The notes below the pieces were generated by a model. That model was not told the DNA's origin. It saw only the letters and a program-made list of their open reading frames with translations, and ran no database searches. Positions 1 through 8,700 of a stretch of DNA of 24,295 bases are shown one piece after another; positions within the stretch are counted from its first letter, which is position 1, and the number at the start of each line of letters is the position of its first letter. The translations under genes were made by a program, and so were the position numbers. This stretch comes from a virus (taxonomy: Duplodnaviria; Heunggongvirae; Uroviricota; Caudoviricetes). The stretch lies in the IMG/VR virus record IMGVR_UViG_3300042259_000129; one strand, given 5' to 3'.

Positions 1-745
1 ATTCTTTCTTTTTAGAATCATAAATCCTATTAATATCTAATTTGGTTAATTGAGCATCTACACGTTTGGCTAATTCATCTTCAGCCATTTCTAAACTCAA
101 ATAAACAACATTATGACCTTTCATCATCTGGCGAACAGCCATATTTACCATAAGGTTGGATTTTCCAGCATGCATCGCAGCTACAATTACTGAAAGAGTA
201 TAAGGAGGTAATCCACCATTTAGATATTCATCTAATTGAGGAAAATACGTGGGAAGTCTTTCATTTTCAGCGGAAAACATCCTTTTTAGTCGTTCAGACA
301 GATCACCCCAATAATCTAACCCAATTTGCTTCTTTAGAGTTTTTGTTAAAGCATTTTCAATATATTCCCGAGCTTTAGAAATATCTTGTTTCTTTTTAAC
401 AAGATCAACACTATCCATAATAGCGTATTTGAAAGCAGACTCCTTAAGTCATTTTTCAGTCTGCTCATATAGAAACATCTGATTCGATACTTCTACTTGC
501 TCAACGTCTTCTAAATATTTTTTAATTTCATTTGGCTTCTTAGCTGAATTAATAATGATATCTTTTGTAGGAAGTTCTATATATTGTTGATAATATTCTT
601 TTACAATAGTAAAGATTTCAGATGCTTCTAGATTTTCAAAAAATCGTTCTTCTGTTTCTGAAGACAACAGGGTACAAAAATGCTTGTCCTCAATGAACGA
701 TTTTAAAATGACTTTTTCCAAATACTCTTGAGATAAAACTGACAT
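1..745 (-). CDS. gp41: Replicative DNA helicase, T4 gp41/DnaB-like (runs off the window edge; one in-frame TGA=Trp at 449-451)
   Basis: The track ORF stops at TGA (TEK*), but the frame stays open to base 1: TEK[W]LKESAFKYAI...FPQLDEYLNGGLPPYTLSVIVAAMHAGKSNLMVN...VVYLSLEMAEDELAKRVDA (Walker A-like GKS and SLEM motif). GAGGAG RBS upstream of the ATG at 745. Confidence 0.93.
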
Positions 746-785
746 TAATTTTAGATTCTCCTCTTAAATATGTTCTTCTTATTCA

Positions 786-814
786 TATTTAATTTGGTGG
801 AAAGTAAATGTAAA
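786..814 (-). promoter_or_regulatory. Sigma70/T4-early-like promoter for the helicase (TTTACA-17-TAAATA)
   Basis: Same TTTACA box that recurs in intergenic gaps at 1174, 7241, 8643, 9209, 12125 and 16805; the -10 is imperfect. Confidence 0.45.
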
Positions 815-849
815 TATGGAAAAATAAGTTATTAAAATAATTAAACTTT

Positions 850-1020
850 TTAGAAATCTTAGAAATCCTAAGAAAATGATGTATAAAACATTACGTTTTT
901 TTAGTGGAATTCGAGATTTTCTCGTAAGGTATTGAAATGATTAGGAAAACTAAGATTTTGGCGGATTTCTAAGTTATTGAAATAATTAAGCTTTCGGAAA
1001 ACCCTCAGAATCTCGAGATT
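850..1020. repeat. Cluster of short direct and inverted repeats in the divergent intergenic gap
   Basis: TTAGAAATC tandem (850-867); CTTAGAAATCC (858-868) inverted at 963-973; CGAGA-TTT-TCTCG (912-924); palindrome AATCTCGAGATT (1009-1020); 17/20 direct repeat at 925 and 970. Confidence 0.6.
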
Positions 1021-1173
1021 TCCGGACTTATTTCCATATAGTGTAAAAATACCACCATATTTTTAACTTTCCCTGTTTACATCTTATCCGGAATAGGTTA
1101 GTTAATATATTAACTTGGTACGGAGGGTATAGTATATAGAATTATATTGATTGGTGAAACAATAAAATAATAG

Positions 1174-1202
1174 TTTACAAAGTATTTGAATTTTGATAAT
1201 CT
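1174..1202 (+). promoter_or_regulatory. Early-type promoter GTTTACA-17-TAATCT with extended -10 TG
   Basis: TTTACA 1174-1179, 17 nt spacer, TGnTAATCT; lies 36 nt upstream of the ATG at 1239. Confidence 0.55.
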
Positions 1203-1238
1203 GAATTCATCAAATCAATTAAACAATTGAGGTTTGAA

Positions 1239-1907
1239 ATGAATTACAAAGAATTGATCAAAATGGTTCATCCTGATCTGAATCCTAATATTAAGGATGC
1301 TGGGGTAAAAGTTACTGAGATCATGAAGAATAAGAATGACCCCTCTGAACTTATGAGGCTTGCCATTCAATGGGGATTGATCAAAGGAGAACAGAAAACT
1401 CAACATACATATCGTCAGAAAAAATCTGATAATCTTTGGGCAAAATTTGATTTTGCAAAACATAGCACAATATTTAAATCTGGAATGAGAGCTAGATTTA
1501 AGGATAATAGAGGTATTCACGAAGTTTGGTTTATTAAGTCTTATAAGAGTACAGTTTATTTTACTAATGGATCTGGTATATTTACAATTAATCGCTCGCT
1601 CCAAGATCTCGATGGAAAATTTGAAATTTTAAGATCTCGTATTAATGATCTCTATAGGTGGGAAATTAAATATTGGAAAGATGAACTTAAGAAGATTAGA
1701 AAAAGTACACCTAAAAATTCTTCTAAGGTAACATTTGAATCTTTAGGTATTGAACCCCATAAGTATTATATGGGTAAGTTTATCGTTACCTATCGTGGAG
1801 TGGAATATGAACTTTTTCGAACAAATGCTCGCTGTGCTTTTATCAATTATAATGGAGAAGAAAAGAGAATTCTCCTCAAGTCTATTACAAAAATTCGGAG
1901 GAAGTAA
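1239..1907 (+). CDS. Hypothetical protein with an N-terminal truncated J-domain-like HPD segment
   Basis: YKELIKMVHPDLNPNIKDAGVKVTEI resembles J-domain helix II-HPD-helix III. ATG at 1239 follows GAGG, preferred over the track TTG at 1227. Confidence 0.6.
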   Translation: MNYKELIKMVHPDLNPNIKDAGVKVTEIMKNKNDPSELMRLAIQWGLIKGEQKTQHTYRQKKSDNLWAKFDFAKHSTIFKSGMRARFKDNRGIHEVWFIKSYKSTVYFTNGSGIFTINRSLQDLDGKFEILRSRINDLYRWEIKYWKDELKKIRKSTPKNSSKVTFESLGIEPHKYYMGKFIVTYRGVEYELFRTNARCAFINYNGEEKRILLKSITKIRRK

Positions 1908-1909
1908 AT

Positions 1910-2434
1910 TTGAATTACATTTTTATTATTAATGGTTCCGGTACCTCGGGTAAAGATACAGTTGTTGATTTTGTTAGAAATAATTTTTCAAAATATTTTA
2001 ATATCTATAATGTTTCATCTATTGATAAAGTCAGAGAAGCTGCAAAACTATTAGGGTGGACTGGATCAAAAGATGAAACGGACCGGGAATTTCTCCATCA
2101 ACTTAAAATGATTGCAAGTAAATTCTATAATCATTCACTCCTTTATATGCTAAGTTCTTTGAAAGATTTTGAATCTCCCTATATATGTTTTTTTCATGTT
2201 CGAGAACCTAAAGAAATTGAAATCTTTAAAGAAAGTCTTTTGAACTCACCAACCCCTGTGTTTACAATCCTTATACAACGTAATAATAATAAAGTATTCA
2301 GTAATGATGCAGATTCTAATGTTAAAAACTATAGATATGATTATATTATTGATAATAATGGTTCCAAGTATGATCTTGAATGTAAAGTAGTTAAACTTTT
2401 TAATAAAATCTTAGAAGGAACATTTAATGGATAA
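1910..2434 (+). CDS. P-loop nucleotide monophosphate kinase-like protein (T4 gp1-like dNMP kinase family)
   Basis: N-terminal GSGTSGKDT P-loop, HVREPKE segment and C-terminal DYIIDNNG typical of phage dNMP kinases. Confidence 0.65.
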   Translation: MNYIFIINGSGTSGKDTVVDFVRNNFSKYFNIYNVSSIDKVREAAKLLGWTGSKDETDREFLHQLKMIASKFYNHSLLYMLSSLKDFESPYICFFHVREPKEIEIFKESLLNSPTPVFTILIQRNNNKVFSNDADSNVKNYRYDYIIDNNGSKYDLECKVVKLFNKILEGTFNG

Positions 2435-2447
2435 TTGAGAGCAAGAT

Positions 2448-2876
2448 ATGCATTTAGGAATAATTGAAAGAGCTATAGAAGAAGCTCGATCGTCGGAGTA
2501 TCATCCGTATAAGATGGGAGCTGTGGTTTTTAAGGGACCTCGAATATTATCGTCTGGACACAATGAAATTCGCGGTAATGGTAAAATTCACCCCAAATAC
2601 AAATATTTTGATAATACGATTCATGCTGAACAATCCGCAATTCTTAATTTAAAACATTGGAATAAAGCTAAGAATGCTGATATTTTGATTGTTCGGATAA
2701 ACAATTCAGGGAAGTTTTCTTTGGCTTACCCGTGCCCTATGTGTCAGGGATTTTTAAAATTTCTTGGTATTAATAAGGTTTACTTTTCTAATAGAAAGGG
2801 TAATATTACCTTTGTAAAGGGAAGAGATCTTTCAGAAGATAATTATGAAAATTCTTGGAAATTGGAAGGTAAGTAA
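2448..2876 (+). CDS. Zn-dependent cytidine/dCMP deaminase-fold protein
   Basis: HAE and PCPMC zinc motifs; MGAVV...GHN N-terminal motif; substrate not determinable from sequence. Confidence 0.85.
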   Translation: MHLGIIERAIEEARSSEYHPYKMGAVVFKGPRILSSGHNEIRGNGKIHPKYKYFDNTIHAEQSAILNLKHWNKAKNADILIVRINNSGKFSLAYPCPMCQGFLKFLGINKVYFSNRKGNITFVKGRDLSEDNYENSWKLEGK

Positions 2877-3070
2877 TGAAAGTATGTATTGAACTCTTGT
2901 CAGGACCATATCCCTATAAACAACCGACTCAAGAATCAATTCAAAAGAATATTGATGCTATTCAAAGAGTAATTGAGGGTAATACACATGTCAGTGATAT
3001 GGTGTTGCTGAATGATACCAAATCAATATTAGTTGCAATCCAAAAACATCTACCTAATGAGGTGTACTAA
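2876..3070 (+). CDS. Hypothetical protein (64 aa)
   Basis: TAATG overlaps at both ends, in operon. Confidence 0.7.
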   Translation: MKVCIELLSGPYPYKQPTQESIQKNIDAIQRVIEGNTHVSDMVLLNDTKSILVAIQKHLPNEVY

Positions 3071-3675
3071 TGAAAAAATGCGAATTTGAAATTTTACCCA
3101 GGCAATTTGGGAAGACAGCTTCGTTTATTTCTTTATATAATAAACTAAATCATAATTTACAACACCCCATTAATGTTGTAGTGCCAACACACCCATGTAA
3201 AAGGGTATATAATGATGCTGGTATCGATGTTTTTACAATTCAAGAATTTATTTACAACATAAGGTCCAATACTCGTGGTAGAATATGTAAATGTAGTAAT
3301 CTATTTTTAGATGAATTTTTTCTATATAATGAAACACAACAATACATTTTATATGATGAATATGTAAAATATGTAGAAGATACCGTCTATATTAAAACTA
3401 GTCCTGTTAGAAGATATAATAAAAAACTTATAGATCTTTGTCGTTATTTAAAACAAATTAGTAATTTATGTTTGGACTATATTGATATGGATGTTGAATT
3501 CCACGATACAGAGAAACAAAATGACTTTAAATATTTATATGGTAGTTTTTTAACAGACCCCAACACAACAATTTATTCTTATTATGATGACTTTAAAAAC
3601 AGGTTATCAGAAGAACAATTTAAAACCCAAATTTTTGGACAATTTTTTATTAGTGAGGATACTAAAACATGTTAG
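3070..3675 (+). CDS. Small terminase-like P-loop ATPase-domain protein
   Basis: PRQFGKT Walker A, LFLDEF Walker B, C-terminal EEQFKTQIFGQF; only 201 aa. Confidence 0.55.
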   Translation: MKKCEFEILPRQFGKTASFISLYNKLNHNLQHPINVVVPTHPCKRVYNDAGIDVFTIQEFIYNIRSNTRGRICKCSNLFLDEFFLYNETQQYILYDEYVKYVEDTVYIKTSPVRRYNKKLIDLCRYLKQISNLCLDYIDMDVEFHDTEKQNDFKYLYGSFLTDPNTTIYSYYDDFKNRLSEEQFKTQIFGQFFISEDTKTC

Positions 3676-5534
3676 ATAAGTTAAATTTAATGTGTGAAGA
3701 TGATATCATTGAATTGCTAAAAGATGCAGACAATGCATATTATAATTCTGAAACATCGATGTTCTCAGATGAATTTTATGATGAATTAAAAGATAAAGCT
3801 CAAATGCTTTACCCCGATAATGAATATTTTCAATCAGTTGGCGCTCCAGTTCCAACAAAATCTCAAAAGATTAAGCATGATTATGTTCTTGGCTCTCTAA
3901 AGAAGTTTAAAACCGATACAATTTCTTCTTGGATAAAGAAATTTTCAAGTGATGAATTTTTTTGTATTATGCCAAAACTCGATGGTGCATCTATTTTTGT
4001 ACGATATGAAAATGGAGAACTTGTTTTAGCAACGACTCGTGGGGATGGCCACTTTGGATTTGATATTACACATAAAGCTTTGAAGTTTCTCCCAAAGAAA
4101 ATCAAAAACAAAAACCGGGTCGATCTTCGCGGTGAATGTCTTTTAAACAAAAATATCTTTGCTTCTCTAGGATTTTCAAATACTCGCAATGGTGTTGCCG
4201 GTCTCCTTAATAAGGATGGTGTTGAAGGTTGTGAAAACATTGATTGTTTGTTTTATGAATATATTAATTCAACTAATGAATCTTTAATTGTTGATTTTAA
4301 TGAACTTACAGAAATGGGTATTGATGTAGTAGAATATCACCTTCTTTCAGAACTTAAAGTTGAAGAGCTTAAAAGTATTTTGGTTTCAATGAAGATTGAT
4401 TACTGTTATGATTTAGATGGTCTTGTTATTTGCCCAACAAATCATAAGCGAGAAAATGTAGAACGACCCGAGAATAAGATTGCGTTTAAAGTAAATTCTG
4501 AAGGAATTGAAACTGAAATTGATTATATTGAATGGAATGTTTCTCGAACAGGAAGAGTAGTTCCAATTGCAATTTTCAAATCTCCTGTGCCAATAGACGG
4601 TACAAATGTTTCTAAAGCCACTGCTCATAATGCTAAGTATGTTTTAGACAACAAGATTGGAATTAGTTCAAAAGTAAAGATTGTAAAATCTGGTGATATC
4701 ATTCCTCAGATTATTGAAGTAACAATCCCCGCTGCTAAAATGGATATGGCAAAGAATTGCCCTTCATGTGGATCTGAACTTGAGATGAAGGGCGTTGATC
4801 TTATTTGTAAAAATAAAAAATGCTATGAACAAGTAATTGGGTTTTTAGAATATTTTTTTAGAGTACTTGGTGCTGAAAATATTTCTTCTCAAACTTTTAG
4901 AAATCTCAAAGTTAAAGATTTAACTGAAGTTTTTGAATTAACAGTTGATAATATTATGAATAGAGATGGATTTGGAGAAACCAGTGCTTCAATGATCATT
5001 GATGAAATTCATAAGTCTATCAAAAATGTAAAGCCTGAAACTTTGCTTGCAGCAGTAGGTGTACCCTTTTTTGGTACAAAAAACACAAAGAAGTTTATTG
5101 ATTCTTTAGATAAATCTTTAACTTCGAAAGAAAAATTTGAAAGTATTTTTTCTCTTAATGAAAATCTATTTACAAGTATTCCAGGCTTTGGTAAATCTAT
5201 ATTCAAATCGGTTGTCGACAGTCTTGAAAACGTTGCTCTTGTTTATCGTATCTGTCAAAACTATGGTTTAACTTTTAATGAGGAAACTCTAAGTGAGGAA
5301 AGTTCCAATGTCGTAAAGGTAACAGTTACAGGAAAGGGCCCTGCTTCTCGCAAAGAACTTGAAAAGCTTTTTAAGGAACATGGCTTTGAAATTATTAATT
5401 TTTCCAATGAAACAGAAATTTTGGTGTGTGATGATTTAAATTCTTCTTCATCTAAAATGAAAAAAGCAAAAAAGAATAATATTAAAATTGTAACCTATGA
5501 GGAGTTTTTTAATGAATATCAGATGTCTATGTAA
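3669..5534 (+). CDS. ligA: NAD-dependent DNA ligase
   Basis: Domain Ia DNAYY...SDEFYDEL, adenylation motif PKLDG, RGE, AFK, SRTG, C4 zinc finger CPSC...C...C, C-terminal BRCT-like region. Confidence 0.95.
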   Translation: MLDKLNLMCEDDIIELLKDADNAYYNSETSMFSDEFYDELKDKAQMLYPDNEYFQSVGAPVPTKSQKIKHDYVLGSLKKFKTDTISSWIKKFSSDEFFCIMPKLDGASIFVRYENGELVLATTRGDGHFGFDITHKALKFLPKKIKNKNRVDLRGECLLNKNIFASLGFSNTRNGVAGLLNKDGVEGCENIDCLFYEYINSTNESLIVDFNELTEMGIDVVEYHLLSELKVEELKSILVSMKIDYCYDLDGLVICPTNHKRENVERPENKIAFKVNSEGIETEIDYIEWNVSRTGRVVPIAIFKSPVPIDGTNVSKATAHNAKYVLDNKIGISSKVKIVKSGDIIPQIIEVTIPAAKMDMAKNCPSCGSELEMKGVDLICKNKKCYEQVIGFLEYFFRVLGAENISSQTFRNLKVKDLTEVFELTVDNIMNRDGFGETSASMIIDEIHKSIKNVKPETLLAAVGVPFFGTKNTKKFIDSLDKSLTSKEKFESIFSLNENLFTSIPGFGKSIFKSVVDSLENVALVYRICQNYGLTFNEETLSEESSNVVKVTVTGKGPASRKELEKLFKEHGFEIINFSNETEILVCDDLNSSSSKMKKAKKNNIKIVTYEEFFNEYQMSM

Positions 5535-5712
5535 TGCACTAAAGGAATTTCGTCCTATTAAAACTAATAATCCCGTTACATATCAGTGCATGATTTGTAA
5601 GAAAATTTATCTTGAAAAGGACATCAATCTTGAAGGAAGAAATATTGTTGGTATTGAAAAAACAGATAATCCCTTTCTTTCATATGTAAGAAAACCTACT
5701 AAAAAGGATTAA
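5512..5712 (+). CDS. Small putative zinc-binding protein
   Basis: CLC and CMIC pairs; ATG at 5512 preceded by GAGGAG; overlaps the ligase end. Confidence 0.5.
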   Translation: MNIRCLCNALKEFRPIKTNNPVTYQCMICKKIYLEKDINLEGRNIVGIEKTDNPFLSYVRKPTKKD

Positions 5713-5715
5713 AAA

Positions 5716-5973
5716 ATGAAAGTATCTTTAGAAAGGTCTATTGGAATTCCTACAGTTCCATTTGCCCCTCTGAAGGTTACAGTATCACTAGAGGGAGATG
5801 TTGAGTCTCCCTCTGATATTGAAAAACTTTCAGAAAAATTAGATTCAATTATGGCTATTGAGATTATGAAAACCCTCGATGAATCGGTAACAATCACCGA
5901 TGTTGGATATAAGAAGTATCTCGAAGGTTTGAAGAATATGTATAATGACATTGTTAATGAATTGGAGAAATAA
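5716..5973 (+). CDS. Hypothetical protein (85 aa)
   Basis: In-operon ORF with AAGGA upstream; fills the gap exactly. Confidence 0.7.
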   Translation: MKVSLERSIGIPTVPFAPLKVTVSLEGDVESPSDIEKLSEKLDSIMAIEIMKTLDESVTITDVGYKKYLEGLKNMYNDIVNELEK

Positions 5974-5974
5974 T

Positions 5975-6751
5975 ATGAAAGTAACTCTAATTGGATATTC
6001 TACTCCAAATATAACACAAACTTATAGTGAGGAAGATTCCCCAGATAAAGTTGTGTACACTGCGTTAGCTCAATGTTATAATGATTCTTTTAATCCAATG
6101 AATAAGCAATATCCTGAAGTTGAAACAATGAAGAAAACTATTAAGCACGTACTTTCTTCTGGTCATCATTCTGTTGCTGAACATGTTTCTTTTACATTTC
6201 TAATTGAGGGTGTTAGTCGAGCATTAACACATCAACTTGTACGCCATAGAATTGCAAGTTATTCTCAAAAGAGTCAAAGATATGTAAATGAAAAGAATTT
6301 TACATATGTAACTCCATATACAATTCAAAAGAATAAGTTTCTAAATGAAACATATAACAATTTCATGAATAATATTATGGAATTTTATACAAGACTTACT
6401 AATAACGGAATCCCAGCAGAAGATGCTCGATTTATTCTTCCTAATGCTTGTACTACTAATATTGTTATGACAATGAATATTCGTTCTCTTGGAGAATTTT
6501 TTGCTAAAAGAATGTGTAAGCGTGCTCAGTGGGAAATTCGAGAAATGGCTGAAAAGATGTCTTCAATGTGTCGAGATATCGCACCAACATTTTTTAAAGA
6601 TAACAAGCTTGGATTTGCTGCCTGTATTCAAAATGGATTTTGCAAGGAAGCAAAATCTTGTGGTATGATGCCAAAGCTTTCAGATTTACAAAATGCTTAT
6701 AAGATTGTAGAAAATAGTAAAAAAGAAATGGAGGAAAAATTTAGTGTTTAA
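5975..6751 (+). CDS. thyX: Flavin-dependent thymidylate synthase
   Basis: ThyX motif RHRIASYSQKSQRY, GHHSVAEH, EDARFILP, RAQWEIR; start moved to the ATG at 5975 after GGAG. Confidence 0.96.
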   Translation: MKVTLIGYSTPNITQTYSEEDSPDKVVYTALAQCYNDSFNPMNKQYPEVETMKKTIKHVLSSGHHSVAEHVSFTFLIEGVSRALTHQLVRHRIASYSQKSQRYVNEKNFTYVTPYTIQKNKFLNETYNNFMNNIMEFYTRLTNNGIPAEDARFILPNACTTNIVMTMNIRSLGEFFAKRMCKRAQWEIREMAEKMSSMCRDIAPTFFKDNKLGFAACIQNGFCKEAKSCGMMPKLSDLQNAYKIVENSKKEMEEKFSV

Positions 6752-7235
6752 ATTTTGTAAAGTTCGTGATGTAAAGAGCCCCAATCGTGCTAATCCTACA
6801 GATGCAGGCCTCGACTTTTTCGTTCCAAATTGATCTAAAGAATTTGTTAATGATCTAAGGGATAAGAACCCTGGACTATATATTACCGAAGAGGGTATTC
6901 ATCTAGCTCCTCTTGAAAGGGTTCTTATCCCTTCTGGAATTAAAACATGGTTCCCTGATTATCATGCACTTATTGCTTTTGATAAATCTGGCGTAGCTTC
7001 TAAGCAGGGAATTACTCTTCTTGCAAAAGTGATCGACACGGATTATTTAGGCGAGCTTCATCTCAATCTTGTTAATGTTTCAAAAAATGAGCAAACAATT
7101 AAATATGGGCAAAAGATTACACAATTTATTCTTATCCCAATTAGTTGTAGTATGCCTGAGGAAATTGGTATTGATGAGTATGAGAAGCGAGAAACTTCAC
7201 GAGGCTCTGGCGGATTTGGTTCAACAGGAGTTTAA
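6744..7235 (+). CDS. dut: Trimeric dUTPase, 163 aa (in-frame TGA=Trp at 6831-6833)
   Basis: GTG start after GGAGG; DAGLDF (motif I) lies upstream of the TGA, and KSG, IDTDYLGE, ITQ and RGSGGFGSTG (motifs II-V) lie downstream in the same frame. Confidence 0.93.
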
Positions 7236-7240
7236 ACTTA

Positions 7241-7286
7241 TTTACATTTAAGAATATGGGGATTAGATTATTTTTATCTAATCCCC
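7241..7286 (+). promoter_or_regulatory. TTTACA-17-TAGATT promoter overlapped by an 11-bp inverted repeat (possible terminator or operator)
   Basis: Arms GGGGATTAGAT 7258-7268 and ATCTAATCCCC 7276-7286, 7 nt loop, followed by only TTTG. Confidence 0.55.
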
Positions 7287-7298
7287 TTTGGAGTTTAT

Positions 7299-7976
7299 AT
7301 GTCAAAAATTGTTTTATTTGAAGGTCTTGACAATTGTTTCAAAACTACTAATGTAAAAGCTCTTTTTAATTTTTGGAATAAACAAAACAAAACAGCTCAT
7401 GTCCTTCATTATTCAGGAGTCAAATCTATAAATTCTGAAGAAGCTAGAAAACTTTCAAAACAACTTTATACAGAGATGTTCGAAGCTTTTGAATATTTTC
7501 ATTCCAAAAACATTAATATAATTTGTGATAGATCACATCTTGGGGAAAATGTGTATTCTAGATATAGAGGGTATAATCCTTCATATCTATGGAAGCTTGA
7601 AGATCAATTTATGAATCATAAATTTTGGAATGATGTTTATTTAATTTTCCTTAGAGATAATATTGATAATACTCTTGAAAGAGATGATGGGTTATCACTT
7701 TCTACAGATAGAAATGATAAGATTTTTGAAAGACAGAAGTTTGAAGAAGCTGTTATGATAACAGAAATTCCTAACAAGAAAATTATTGATGTCACAAATA
7801 AATCTAAAGAAGAGATTCTAAATGAAATTTTGATCTTTTTAAAAGAAGATGATATTGAACAAAAGGCCATGAAAACCCTAGATACTATTATTGAAAAACT
7901 TAATTGTTGTAATGATGTACAGAGTAAAAAATATGATGAATCAGTATATGAAATTGTAAAACTTATACGAGGTTAG
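7299..7976 (+). CDS. Thymidylate kinase-like nucleotide kinase
   Basis: IVLFEGLDNCFKTT P-loop variant and ICDRSHLGENVY (DR motif). Confidence 0.8.
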   Translation: MSKIVLFEGLDNCFKTTNVKALFNFWNKQNKTAHVLHYSGVKSINSEEARKLSKQLYTEMFEAFEYFHSKNINIICDRSHLGENVYSRYRGYNPSYLWKLEDQFMNHKFWNDVYLIFLRDNIDNTLERDDGLSLSTDRNDKIFERQKFEEAVMITEIPNKKIIDVTNKSKEEILNEILIFLKEDDIEQKAMKTLDTIIEKLNCCNDVQSKKYDESVYEIVKLIRG

Positions 7977-7978
7977 AG

Positions 7979-8638
7979 ATGAAAACTATTAAGGATATTA
8001 GAATCGCTTTTATTGACAAACTCAAAAATAAAGAGTTTGTCATTGATAAGACCGGGGTTAAAACAATTGAATTAGTTGGTGAATCCTATATTGCAGATGA
8101 AGAAGTAATTTTTGGTTCTCTTAATATGGACTATGCTGCTCGTGAAGTAGAATGGTATGAATCACAGTCACTAAATGTGTATGATATTCCAAAATGCCCA
8201 CAGATTTGGAGACAAGTTTGTGATAAAAATGGATATATTAATTCAAATTATGGCTGGATAATTTATTCTAAAGAAAATGGTGAACAATATAAAAATTGTC
8301 TAAGAACATTACGTAGAGATAAAGATTCACGTAGAGCAATGATGATTTATACAAGACCTTCAATGCAATGGGAATATAATGTAAATGGAATGAGCGACTT
8401 CGTTTGTACTAATTCCGTTCAGACACTTATTCGAAACAATAAATTACATTATATCCTTAATCAACGTTCGAGCGATGCAGTATTTGGGGCCAAGAACGAT
8501 TTGTATTGGGCAAGACATGTACATAATAAACTTCTTAAAGATCTGAAGATTGATTATCCAGAATTGGAACTTGGAGATCTCATTCACCAAGTGGGCTCAA
8601 TTCATGTTTACGAGCGCCATTTCCATCTTGTGAAATAG
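7979..8638 (+). CDS. gp42: dCMP hydroxymethyltransferase (T4 gp42-like, thymidylate synthase fold)
   Basis: DKTGVKTIE, INSNYGW, DSRRAMMIYTRPSMQ, GMSDFVCTN (catalytic Cys), RSSDAVFGAKND (Asp at the dCMP-specificity position) and GSIHVYERHF follow the T4 gp42 sequence as I recall it, end to end. Confidence 0.9.
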   Translation: MKTIKDIRIAFIDKLKNKEFVIDKTGVKTIELVGESYIADEEVIFGSLNMDYAAREVEWYESQSLNVYDIPKCPQIWRQVCDKNGYINSNYGWIIYSKENGEQYKNCLRTLRRDKDSRRAMMIYTRPSMQWEYNVNGMSDFVCTNSVQTLIRNNKLHYILNQRSSDAVFGAKNDLYWARHVHNKLLKDLKIDYPELELGDLIHQVGSIHVYERHFHLVK

Positions 8639-8642
8639 TTTG

Positions 8643-8671
8643 TTTACATTATAGGGAAATTTGAATAAATA
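8643..8671 (+). promoter_or_regulatory. Early-type promoter candidate GTTTACA-17-TAAATA
   Basis: Recurrent GTTTACA box directly after the gp42 stop; imperfect -10. Confidence 0.4.
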
Positions 8672-8700
8672 AATTATTACTTAAACACATTGGAGTTTTT

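Noticed and set aside
746-1238. Suppressor tRNA or other structured RNA in the large intergenic gap
   Set aside because: No cloverleaf, T-loop GTTC motif or acceptor stem could be found by eye; tRNAscan-SE or ARAGORN would settle it.
7069-7251. Track ORF of 60 aa overlapping the dUTPase, and the 7029 start
   Set aside because: Alternative-frame shadow and truncated start; both are explained by the full dUTPase from 6744.
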